Positions 1 through 7,897 of a DNA stretch of 64,000 bases are shown piece after piece. Position numbers and translations under genes: made by a program. Position 1 is the first letter of the stretch. Each line of letters opens with the position of its first letter. Below the pieces are notes generated by a model. It was not told the DNA's origin, searched no databases, and saw nothing but the letters and a program-made list of their open reading frames with translations. The stretch spans positions 184,580-248,579 of IMG/VR virus record IMGVR_UViG_3300009093_000035, one strand, 5' to 3'.

Positions 1-153
1 GACGTTCTTCCCGCGGAAGATGAAGTTGACGTAGCGTGACACCGTCTCCGGCCACGACTCCCTACGTCTCTCTTCCTCCAGCCACCTACTGTAGGTGCGC
101 GTGTAGACGAACTCACTCAGTAGATTCGGGAAAGAGAAACCCGCTTCGAGCAT
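1..153 (-). CDS. nrdJ: Class II (B12-dependent) ribonucleotide reductase, N-terminal fragment running off the window
   Basis: Manual translation MLEAGFSFPNLLSEFVYTRTYSRWLEEERRRESWPETVSRYVNF; RTYSR..RRE.W.ETV.R is the typical NrdJ N-terminus. Confidence 0.8.
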   Translation of the reverse strand, partial: MLEAGFSFPNLLSEFVYTRTYSRWLEEERRRESWPETVSRYVNFIFRGKNV

Positions 154-314
154 GTGTCAACCCCGTGGTTTGAAGAACGAAAAAAAGGGACGAGTCTGGG
201 GATCCCGTCCTTCTTGAGAATCAAGAGGCAGGTCCTCAGTCTACCAACTCCACACTCATCGAATGGAGGCGAAGTAGGTAAAGACCGAGGCACATTTACC
301 AAGAAACCGAGACA

Positions 315-1268
315 TCACCCCGCCAGCAGATTCAGCAACGCGGACTCTAGGTACGAGAAGGGGGAGATGGAACCCTGGAACACGAGTGTCTGAGATTCCG
401 CTACGACACGAATCAACTTCGCACACCCGGATACCTTCCACTGAAGAGCGCACGGGAGAATCTTGTTCTCCCAGTACCAGGGATTCGCCCCCACACTTCT
501 CGCCGCCGACTCGGGAGACATCTTCAGTTCGGAGAGGTGTGCTGCCTGTAGCCATCGAGTCAGCGCCGGGGTTAGAACCCTACCGCACAACTCGATCGTT
601 GAGTCACCACCGCGAGAATTTTTGTACTTGGTCATCTCCAACACGAAACGGCGACGATCTCTTGATCCGAGCGCGTCCGCGATCGCGTTCCCGTCCGTCT
701 CGGCGATTGGTGCCATCGTCTCTCGAAGATGAGCCGCTGTGATCGTCGCGGCGGAGCCCGCGAGTAGACTCGCCTTCTGGACTTCGAAGGAGATCATGCC
801 CAGGTCGATCCCGACTCTCTTCACCAGGGAGAGCGCGAGGTCGAAGTCCAGAGGGTTCCCTCGGGTCCGAGCTTCACTCACGGCGAAGTTCGCCGCGTAC
901 TCGTCCATCTTGTAGAAGGCAGGGAGGGTGAAGATCTTCGTCTTCGCCTTCGGCACGAGATCGAAGACCGGGCCGGAAGGCTTGTCTTCCTCCGAGACGA
1001 GAAGGAAAGTGATCGAGGGGTCTTCGGACGCGATGTGCTGGGTGAGCGTAGGTAGCGGGAGCTTCTCCGGACTCCTCACCACCACTAGGTTCTGAGAGGT
1101 GAACATCACCGACATGGAGAACACGGTCTCCAAGGCATCCTTGTCGCCCCCCTCTATCTCGGTGACCGCCCATCCCTCCGAGGCGCGAGTTGAGCTGATC
1201 TTCGAGATCAGTCTTCGCCTCTGGTACTCGTCGGACCCAGCCACCAGCAATACAGGTTCGGCTTTCAC
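315..1268 (-). CDS. holA: DNA polymerase III delta subunit-like clamp loader
   Basis: 317 aa; LLVAGSDEY N-terminus, SMSVMFTSQNLVVVR, LVKRVGIDLGMISFEVQKA, C-terminal LESALLNL; adjacent to delta'-like gene. Confidence 0.7.
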   Translation of the reverse strand: MKAEPVLLVAGSDEYQRRRLISKISSTRASEGWAVTEIEGGDKDALETVFSMSVMFTSQNLVVVRSPEKLPLPTLTQHIASEDPSITFLLVSEEDKPSGPVFDLVPKAKTKIFTLPAFYKMDEYAANFAVSEARTRGNPLDFDLALSLVKRVGIDLGMISFEVQKASLLAGSAATITAAHLRETMAPIAETDGNAIADALGSRDRRRFVLEMTKYKNSRGGDSTIELCGRVLTPALTRWLQAAHLSELKMSPESAARSVGANPWYWENKILPCALQWKVSGCAKLIRVVAESQTLVFQGSISPFSYLESALLNLLAG

Positions 1269-1897
1269 TAGACCCCCACCAAGAAAGCCGCGAGGACTCG
1301 GGCCGGGGTAAGGGCCGTCCGCCGCGTGTGTAGATCACGTACGGAGCCCCAGAGAGCTAGGAGGTCGTTCCGTAGGTTCGGATCCGAAAGACCCTCCTGG
1401 ATGGCTTCTACGAGCGCGAGGAGCACAAACTCCTCGTCCCCCTTCGACTCCTTCAGCTCGGAGACGATCTCGGACCAGTTCTTCCCCAGGTAGGCCTTCA
1501 GGAGCCGGTCGGCCTGGGTACGGCTAAGCGAGACCCGCTCGTCCACCCCCGGAACGAACGTGTGGAGGGTCCGAGACCGAAGAGTGGGGATCACCCCACC
1601 GAAGTCCCACGCCCAGAGGAAGGGTCGAATCTTCCCCGGTACGAACTCCTCGATCGTCTTGAGAAGGACGTCCCCCACCTCGGGAGTGATCTCGTCCAGA
1701 GGACCGACCACTACACCCCAAGGCTTCTCTCCGATCGGAGTCTGACTCAGAAGAGACACCAACTCTCGGGCGTCCCCCTTCTTCATAGCCTCCCCAGAAG
1801 TACCGAAAGGAAGAACTAGCCCATATTCCTTGGCCTCATTCTTCGCTGCGGCTTCTGACCCCGGGCCGTGATAGAGTGATACGGATCCGATCTCCAT
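1268..1897 (-). CDS. holB: DNA polymerase III delta'-like clamp loader subunit (degenerate)
   Basis: LYHGPG, DARELVSLL, DVLLKTIEE, VIPTLRSRT match the NALLKTLEEP / LPTIRSRC motifs. Confidence 0.65.
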   Translation of the reverse strand: MEIGSVSLYHGPGSEAAAKNEAKEYGLVLPFGTSGEAMKKGDARELVSLLSQTPIGEKPWGVVVGPLDEITPEVGDVLLKTIEEFVPGKIRPFLWAWDFGGVIPTLRSRTLHTFVPGVDERVSLSRTQADRLLKAYLGKNWSEIVSELKESKGDEEFVLLALVEAIQEGLSDPNLRNDLLALWGSVRDLHTRRTALTPARVLAAFLVGV

Positions 1898-1916
1898 GAG
1901 AACGGAACCTTACGCC

Positions 1917-3536
1917 CTAGAGCTTACCTTTCGACTCCAACGCCTGGTACACAGTCGGGTAGTTGGTCTTCATCTCCCCTCGACCAATACCACCAAGGTA
2001 CGAAGCGACCTGCTGAAAGCTTCTACCGTCCTCGACCATTTCCATGGCCTTGTCTTCCTGGTCTCGACGGAAGGAATCGAGCTTCCCCTTAGCACCGGCT
2101 TGCCTCGACGACTCCCAGACCCTCGTCCCCAGGCCGCTGCTGTTCAGGGTGGCGACCTCGATCTTCACCCCGTTCTTCGAAAGCTTGTAGTTGGCGCGAA
2201 ACCCGCCGTGTTCCACGTTGGCGTGGTCCATCTTCCAACCGGCCTTCTCCAAGGCGTCGGTCACGTCGGTGTCGTTCTTCTTCTTCGAGGTCCAGGCCAA
2301 GGCCCCCGCGACCGGAGGAGTGAGACGGATCCCCGCCTTCTTCAGATCCGCTACGAAGGCCGGAACATCGGCCGCCTCCTTCAAGACCGGAAGAAGCGTC
2401 GACCGGAGTTCAGGCTTCGAGTGAGCGAGACGAATCAGTTGGGAGCGGAGGGCCATACGAGGTTGAGTTGATAGGCTTCCTACTTTCGTAGGTTCCCACT
2501 TCACCGTCCCGCGAGTCTTCTCCAAGGCATCCTGATACTCCTGATCGGAGGGTTCCTTCTTGGTCATCCGGGCGGGCTTGAAGGTTTCGAACACGCGGAG
2601 GTTCGAGGCTGGGATACGACCTTCGTAGGCGACCGTCCCCTTCGCTCGAAGGGTCGAGAGCATCTTCTGTTCGAACTTCCGGGCGATCTCGTCCGCGTTC
2701 GGCTTACCCCTCCAGTTCCCCTTGAAGTGAACATCCTGTTGATCGGAGGGCATCTCTGGCATGACGCTACTCAGCCATCCGCCGTTGTCTTCGTCGAGAC
2801 GAAACTTCGTGAAGTCGTTCACCTCGACTTCGAGGACTACGGCGATCGACCTATCGATCGAAGCCGCCCGCGCCGCGTACTTCTCGGCTTCGGAGACCTT
2901 CGTGGTCAGATAGACCATGCGATCCGAATAGCCCTTGATCACGTCGTTGGAGTAGGCGTCCTCATCAATCCCTGTAGGACTCCCGGGACGCAGACCCTTG
3001 ATCTTGATCACCTTCCAACGGACCGCCGACGTTCCGTGATACATCTTCACGGAACCGAAGCTCTTCGAGGAGACCTCGTCGACCGTGTCGACTTCGCTCG
3101 ACCCGAGGATCTCTCCGACTGTCTTGTTCCTCCAGACAGGAGACTTGAAGATCCGGTAATCGCTCTGGACGAACCCGCCCTGTAGGAGCGCCTTCAGAAT
3201 CTTCCGAACCTTCCGAGGATCGTCCTCCAGCTCTGTGTCGGCGTGAGGGTACGCGTACGAGCCGTTCCCCTTGATCGCGGGATACCGAGACTGGGTCTTC
3301 GACTCAAACGGGCTGAGGTCGAGCGTTCCCGTGCTCGGGTCTACTCCGATGATCGGAGAGTAGTAGAACTTGTCGTCCTCTCGATACGAGAGACGGGCGC
3401 TGACGCCAGTTAGAAAGAGAACTCCGGTCGGGTTGTAGCTGTACGTCCCCGTCATTTCCGTCCGCGTCTGTTCCCAGACGAGAAACGGAGCCCCAGGGGA
3501 ATGCTTGTCCTGAATCCGGTAGGCGACTCGAAGCAT
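1917..3536 (-). CDS. Multidomain protein with an ADP-ribosyltransferase-fold (Tpt1/KptA-like) domain and a C-terminal LIRLAH-leader module; putative virion protein
   Basis: MYHGTS..IKIKGLRP..VYLTT..VVLEVEV..YEGRIPA; internal MALRSQLIRLAHSKPELR. Confidence 0.6.
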   Translation of the reverse strand: MLRVAYRIQDKHSPGAPFLVWEQTRTEMTGTYSYNPTGVLFLTGVSARLSYREDDKFYYSPIIGVDPSTGTLDLSPFESKTQSRYPAIKGNGSYAYPHADTELEDDPRKVRKILKALLQGGFVQSDYRIFKSPVWRNKTVGEILGSSEVDTVDEVSSKSFGSVKMYHGTSAVRWKVIKIKGLRPGSPTGIDEDAYSNDVIKGYSDRMVYLTTKVSEAEKYAARAASIDRSIAVVLEVEVNDFTKFRLDEDNGGWLSSVMPEMPSDQQDVHFKGNWRGKPNADEIARKFEQKMLSTLRAKGTVAYEGRIPASNLRVFETFKPARMTKKEPSDQEYQDALEKTRGTVKWEPTKVGSLSTQPRMALRSQLIRLAHSKPELRSTLLPVLKEAADVPAFVADLKKAGIRLTPPVAGALAWTSKKKNDTDVTDALEKAGWKMDHANVEHGGFRANYKLSKNGVKIEVATLNSSGLGTRVWESSRQAGAKGKLDSFRRDQEDKAMEMVEDGRSFQQVASYLGGIGRGEMKTNYPTVYQALESKGKL

Positions 3537-3540
3537 GGAC

Positions 3541-3843
3541 CTACGAGGCGCTTTCAGGGAAGTGCTTCTTGATCCACCCCTCTGGATCCTTCTTGTACTC
3601 TTCCTTCTCGCTCCTCACGTCGGCCCGCGCCCTATCCTTTGCGGCTCCTCCCTCATAGTCCCCGAAGTCAACCCGCTTGTGGTTGTAGAGAGCGAAGGAT
3701 ACCCAGCGCTTCCCGCCCAGGTACGACATGGCCTTGAACGTTGGGGTTTCCTCCGCCGTCAAGATGGGTAGAAGGTGTTCTCGAAGCTCGGGCTTCTCGT
3801 GAGCGAGTCGAATCAGCCTCGTACGCAGAGGAGTCATACCCAC
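3541..3843 (-). CDS. Small protein with LIRLAHxKPELR leader
   Basis: Leader shared with two other ORFs in the window. Confidence 0.6.
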   Translation of the reverse strand: MGMTPLRTRLIRLAHEKPELREHLLPILTAEETPTFKAMSYLGGKRWVSFALYNHKRVDFGDYEGGAAKDRARADVRSEKEEYKKDPEGWIKKHFPESAS

Positions 3844-3862
3844 AGAACGAGCGATAGCGAAA

Positions 3863-3933
3863 TTCTCGGCCGTGGGATCGAACCACGATTCGCGGATTCA
3901 AAGTCCGCTGTCCTGCCGTTGGACGAGCCGAGA
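3863..3933 (-). tRNA. tRNA-Gln(UUG)
   Basis: Cloverleaf; anticodon arm GCGGA-CTTTGAA-TCCGC. Confidence 0.9.
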
Positions 3934-3937
3934 TCAA

Positions 3938-4013
3938 TTCGGGAGGAAGGGGTCGAACCTTCTTCTGCGGATTCAAAGTCCGCGGTCCTAGCCAGCGCGT
4001 AGACGACTCCCGA
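3938..4013 (-). tRNA. tRNA-Gln(UUG)
   Basis: Cloverleaf; GCGGA-CTTTGAA-TCCGC. Confidence 0.85.
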
Positions 4014-4196
4014 TCAACGCTCGAAGGAGCGTCGTTGCAGGAGAGCCGGAAGCTGGCGCTTGAATTCGGGCCGCAAGATGGAGAACCTTCGCGAGAAGAT
4101 ACCCCACTCGGACGCGGACGTCTCCTCGAAAAGCGGGATGTACACATACCCGCCTTCAGTTCGGAGCCCGTCCTTCTTCGTCTCGCTCATCTTACA

Positions 4197-4268
4197 TGAC
4201 CCCACGGGGAATTGAACCCACGTTCCGGAGGGTGAAAATCTCCGATCCTAACCAATAGACGATGGGGC
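4197..4268 (-). tRNA. tRNA-Glu(UUC)
   Basis: Cloverleaf; loop TTTTCAC. Confidence 0.85.
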
Positions 4269-4289
4269 CAAGAGGAAACCAGAAACCAG

Positions 4290-4362
4290 AGCCCTCAGTC
4301 GGGATCGAACCGACGACATCCGCATTACAAGGGCGGTGCTCTTCCAACTGAGCTATGAGGGC
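4290..4362 (-). tRNA. tRNA-Thr(UGU)
   Basis: Cloverleaf; loop CTTGTAA. Confidence 0.9.
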
Positions 4363-4393
4363 GAAGGAAGGGGCGGCGAACCGCCCCTCTCAC

Positions 4394-6028
4394 TCACAGT
4401 GCCGCAGCCGCCTCCTGAGCGGCGACCGGGGCCGGGGCCTTCTCTTCGAGAGAGACGGCCTCGATCTTCTTCACCCAGTGATCCTTGCCCGAGCCCTTGA
4501 CGAACTCGGTCATGAGGGTGAAGACCTCGTCGGAGAAGCCGCCGACGTTGAGGATGTCCTCACGCGTCGGAGCCTGGCGAGAACCGTTCGGCGCGAGGTC
4601 GATGCAGACCATCTTCGCCTTCGGGTTCCGAGCGCGGAGAGCCTCCCACTCGACCATCGCCGCCGTCGGAGACGACGTGTGGCCAGAGGTGTAGGCGTTG
4701 TGGACGACCTTCGTGTCCATCCACGACTCGTTGTCCGAGGCGTAGGTGACGGCGTCCACCTTCTCCTTGTTGTGGTTGAGCGCCCTCATCGGCGCCGAGC
4801 AGTTCGTCCCGCCCGGCGGGCAAGACGCGATCTGGTTCGCGATCGTCATGATCGAGTCCCGCGGGTTGAACCGAAGGTTGATCACGTTCTCCGTGAACGG
4901 GAGAACGATCGCGTCCGGGTTCCGACGCATGAGCGTCGCAGCGATCAGGGCCGCCACGTCACGGCAGGTGACCTTCGTCGCCATCTCGCGCTTCCCCGTG
5001 ACCGGAGACGCCATCGACCCGGAGACGTCCGGGAAGACTGCGATTCGACCCTCGAAGGCCGGAACGTTCTTCGTCGCGATCTCCATCGCGTCCTGGAGAG
5101 CGTTCTGGACCTCCATCGGGACACCCGAGGTGTTCCGGTAGGCGATCAGGAGCTGGTACGGGAAGACCCGAGCCTTCGCGATCGACTCCTCGTCGCGGAG
5201 CTTCGCAGCGATGATCTTCACCATCGCCTTGTCCTCGAAGACGCCGTGGCGGAGGAACGTGTTGAGGTTCATCCGCACCGTCTGCCACGAGGCCGAACGT
5301 GCCAGCTCGATCCACTGGGCCTTCGTCAGCTTCGTGTTCGTGAGCATCAGGAACGGCACGTCCGGGATCGGACGCGACGGATCCTTCTTCCACGCCTCGA
5401 ACTCACGAAGCAGCGGGTCCGCCTTCTCCAGGTCGAACTTCTTCCCCACGAGCCACGCGTAGGTCTCCTTCCGAGCGTCCGTCGCCGGCTTCGGGTGGAC
5501 CATCTTGATCACGTCCGCGATCGACGGCTTGTCGCCCGTCGCCCGGATCAGCTGAGCATCGGTGCGCGCAGCGAACCACGCCTCGACCATCTTCTTCGGA
5601 GCCGTCCCGAGGGACTTCCGGCCGACCTTCCCGGAGCGGATGATCTGGACGAAGTTCCGGACCATCTTCGGGTTGTCGAGGATCCGCGAGAACGACGCCC
5701 GAAGGGCCGCGATACCTGCCGGTCCCCGAGTCGTGAGGTGAGCCGCGAGGAGCGCCGGAGCGTCCTTCATGAAGGCGGACTTCCGCCCGTAGACGGCCGT
5801 CTTCGCGACGAACTCCGGAGAGACCTCGGCCGCAAGCTTCAGGATCGCGTCCAGCTGCTCCTCGTCCGACGTGTAGAACGTCGACCCGAGACAGCCGGTT
5901 GCGGTGTACTGAGCGAGGGCCTCCTTCGGGCCCGCCTTGTAGGCGAGACCGCCGGCCGCGTTGAACATGTCGGCGATCGGCGCGACGCGACCCGCCGGAG
6001 CGGACTTGAAAAGCTTCTTGTTTGCCAC
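4394..6028 (-). CDS. rsr: Ro60/Rsr TROVE-domain RNA-binding protein with C-terminal vWA domain
   Basis: Likely GTG start at 6028 (MANKKLFKS, preceded by AAGGGG); N.AGG.AY, FVAKTAVYGR, MVRNF, VRMNL, ARVFPYQL, MIDAS DVSGSM, GGTNCS, SDNESW, GGFSD. Confidence 0.92.
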   Translation of the reverse strand: MANKKLFKSAPAGRVAPIADMFNAAGGLAYKAGPKEALAQYTATGCLGSTFYTSDEEQLDAILKLAAEVSPEFVAKTAVYGRKSAFMKDAPALLAAHLTTRGPAGIAALRASFSRILDNPKMVRNFVQIIRSGKVGRKSLGTAPKKMVEAWFAARTDAQLIRATGDKPSIADVIKMVHPKPATDARKETYAWLVGKKFDLEKADPLLREFEAWKKDPSRPIPDVPFLMLTNTKLTKAQWIELARSASWQTVRMNLNTFLRHGVFEDKAMVKIIAAKLRDEESIAKARVFPYQLLIAYRNTSGVPMEVQNALQDAMEIATKNVPAFEGRIAVFPDVSGSMASPVTGKREMATKVTCRDVAALIAATLMRRNPDAIVLPFTENVINLRFNPRDSIMTIANQIASCPPGGTNCSAPMRALNHNKEKVDAVTYASDNESWMDTKVVHNAYTSGHTSSPTAAMVEWEALRARNPKAKMVCIDLAPNGSRQAPTREDILNVGGFSDEVFTLMTEFVKGSGKDHWVKKIEAVSLEEKAPAPVAAQEAAAAL

Positions 6029-6055
6029 GGTAACACCCCTTCGAACAAAGGAGGG

Positions 6056-6085
6056 CTCTGGCAACTGGATAGGAGTTCCTTCAGG
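6056..6085. repeat. Arm 1 of a 30-nt long-range inverted repeat (partner 14426-14455)
   Basis: Reverse complement CCTGAAGGAACTCCTATCCAGTTGCCAGAG matches 14426-14455 at 28/30. Confidence 0.9.
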
Positions 6086-6229
6086 AAGATTGAACGTGAG
6101 GTCGTTGACGACGAACGCTTGCGTAGAGCGTTGTCCGCGGAGGTTCAGGAGGCTGATCAATTCCTCCCGTAGGCAAGCCTACTTAGCACCAACGTAGAGC
6201 GTCGCCGACAACTCGGCCTGACCTCACGA

Positions 6230-6301
6230 AGCGGGTGGTGGGAATCGAACCCACGATCTTCGCGTTGGCAACGCGCTGCTCTACCGCTGAGCTACACCCG
6301 C
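6230..6301 (-). tRNA. tRNA-Gly(GCC)
   Basis: Cloverleaf; loop TTGCCAA. Confidence 0.9.
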
Positions 6302-6367
6302 AAAAGAAACTGAGACCCATAGCGACCCGACGTCCCGCGATTACCTCCTCCCCAAGGAGAAACGACC

Positions 6368-6772
6368 ATGGGACTTGATATGCAGCAGCCGTCCGTTGTT
6401 ACCGTCGATGACACCAGCATCGACGCCCTCTACGATGGGATCCCCGAGGATTGCGTCGTGGGGTACGTTCTGAGGGTAATCGCCGCCTCGGACGCTGGAT
6501 ACGCCCACTGGGAGAAACGATTCCTCGCTCGTCGCGTGGGGGAAAGCGAAGTGATCATCGACGGGATCTGCGACGTCTTCCCGCCCATCCTGAACGCCGG
6601 AGCTTCAGCCTGGGCGGTCGAGGTATGCGTCGACAACGGATACGTCTGTGTAGACGTCCAAGGCTCGGCTGATACCCAGGTCTTCTGGTTGGTCGATCTC
6701 CACGGAGACGAGATCCCCACGGTCTCCAACGACCGCATGAACCTGAGGACCTCTCGGCGACTCGCGAGATAG
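6368..6772 (+). CDS. Hypothetical beta-rich protein, paralog of 36891-37298
   Basis: AAGGAG SD; colinear similarity with the 36891-37298 product. Confidence 0.7.
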   Translation: MGLDMQQPSVVTVDDTSIDALYDGIPEDCVVGYVLRVIAASDAGYAHWEKRFLARRVGESEVIIDGICDVFPPILNAGASAWAVEVCVDNGYVCVDVQGSADTQVFWLVDLHGDEIPTVSNDRMNLRTSRRLAR

Positions 6773-6786
6773 ACCCTCGAAGAATC

Positions 6787-6903
6787 TGTCGAGCGAAGCC
6801 GAGGTCTGGAATCGAACCAGAGGGTAGCTCCGCGGAAGCTGGGGACCACCCCACAACGGAATCGAACCGTCTCCCTGCCAATGTCTCCCGATCTCGCTCG
6901 ACA
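6787..6903 (-). ncRNA. Structured RNA with two T-loop arms in a closed stem
   Basis: 10-bp closing stem TGTCGAGCGA/TCGCTCGACA; ACGG-TTCGATT-CCGT and TCTGG-TTCGATT-CCAGA. Confidence 0.6.
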
Positions 6904-6988
6904 CGGAGAGTTGAGGTCCCGCCCCTCATGCCCTTACGGGCACCCATTGTTTAGCAAACAAGGCTGGTCCTCGACCAGGTAACCCTCC
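6904..6988 (-). tRNA. tRNA-Ser(GCU), non-canonical 8/4 fold
   Basis: 8-bp acceptor GGAGGGTT/AACTCTCC, G73, 6-bp D stem, loop TTGCTAA, long V arm, 4-bp T stem GAGG-GGCGGGA-CCTC. Confidence 0.8.
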
Positions 6989-7023
6989 AAACACGTTACT
7001 AACGGACGCTCACGCGAACCGGA

Positions 7024-7110
7024 CGGAGAGTGAGGGACTCGAACCCCCGAGGGCCTCTCGACCCATGCCGGTGTTCAAAGCCGGTGCCTTAGCCGCTAGG
7101 CTAACCCTCC
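7024..7110 (-). tRNA. tRNA-Ser(UGA)
   Basis: Canonical 7/5 cloverleaf, long V arm, loop TTTGAAC. Confidence 0.9.
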
Positions 7111-7191
7111 AGGAGTCTGAGAAACCCGCGCTAATCGAAGACGCCCTTGCCTCTTCGGAGGCATGCTCGCCAGAGCTAGGTTTCCCAGACA

Positions 7192-7276
7192 CGGAAGCTG
7201 GAGGTCCCGACCCTCAGAGCCTTTCGACTCCCAACCGCTTTCGAGACGGTGCCGATCCCTGATCGGTTCAACTTCC
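7192..7276 (-). tRNA. tRNA-Ser(CGA), non-canonical 8/4 fold
   Basis: Acceptor GGAAGTTG/CAGCTTCC, D stem CCGATC/GATCGG, loop CTCGAAA, T arm GAGG-GTCGGGA-CCTC. Confidence 0.8.
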
Positions 7277-7384
7277 AATTCTACGTTCTGGCCCCGCCAC
7301 GGAGCCTAGACGACCAGGCAAACTGGCGGGTCGATTGGATGGAGACCTTTGCGTCTCGGATCCGTCGCAGGCCAGAACCTAGAG

Positions 7385-7469
7385 CGGAAAGGAAGGGTCC
7401 CGACCCCCAGACCCTTTCGAGTCCCAACCGCTTTCCAAGCGGTGCCGGCCCCTGGCCAGTTCCCTTTCC
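7385..7469 (-). tRNA. tRNA-Ser(GGA), non-canonical 8/4 fold
   Basis: Acceptor GGAAAGGG/TCCTTTCC, D stem CTGGCC/GGCCGG, loop TTGGAAA, T arm GGGG-GTCGGGA-CCCT. Confidence 0.8.
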
Positions 7470-7473
7470 AAAC

Positions 7474-7634
7474 AGCTCGCTCGTCTCAGCGTGTATAGCC
7501 ATCACACTTCATCATCGTCGTCGCTACTCGGATTCGAACCGAGTCTCCTGGGCTCTACCATAGCGTGGCGCCAGCCACTCTCGCTCCGATTCTGATGCAC
7601 GGATTCGAACCGTGAACTCTGAGACTCACGAACC
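7474..7634 (-). ncRNA. Double tRNA-elbow RNA (permuted tRNA module enclosing a second T-arm module)
   Basis: Closing GTCTCAG/CTGAGAC; T arm CACGG-TTCGAAT-CCGTG; CATCA/TGATG; D-like GTGT-GATGGCTAT-ACAC; inner GCTA..CTCGG-TTCGAAT-CCGAG-TAGC. Confidence 0.6.
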
Positions 7635-7651
7635 TTCGGGCTGCAGCCCTA

Positions 7652-7772
7652 CCCGGAACGCGGGATTCGAACCCGCCTGAAGGGAAGGGTTGCTAGACCT
7701 CCCCACCGCCGCCTTTCCCTGTCCTCTAGCGAACAGGTACAGACAGCCGCTCACCATCTGGCGTACTTCCGA
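7652..7772 (-). ncRNA. tRNA-like RNA with elongated anticodon and variable arms
   Basis: CGGAA/TTCCG acceptor, AGATGGT D-loop, GCGGG-TTCGAAT-CCCGC T arm; two long hairpins with complementary loops GCTAGA/TCTAGC. Confidence 0.55.
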
Positions 7773-7844
7773 TCGGGGTGACAGGGATCGAACCTGCGAT
7801 TTCTCGACCCCCAGCCGAGCGCGATACCACTTCGCTACACCCCG
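7773..7844 (-). tRNA. tRNA-Pro(GGG)
   Basis: Cloverleaf; CTCGG-CTGGGGG-TCGAG. Confidence 0.9.
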
Positions 7845-7897
7845 AAGAAACTAGAAGACCGAGGTCCTGGAGCCTTTCAACTCCAGGACCGATCAGG

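Noticed and set aside
4355-6172. 605-aa plus-strand ORF (and similar long ORFs at 17636-19588, 23182-24564, 37325-39154)
   Set aside because: Antisense shadows of high-GC3 genes; Arg-rich with no motifs
6772-6918. Longer closing stem for the double-T-loop RNA
   Set aside because: 6904-6918 belongs to the T arm and acceptor of tRNA-Ser(GCU)
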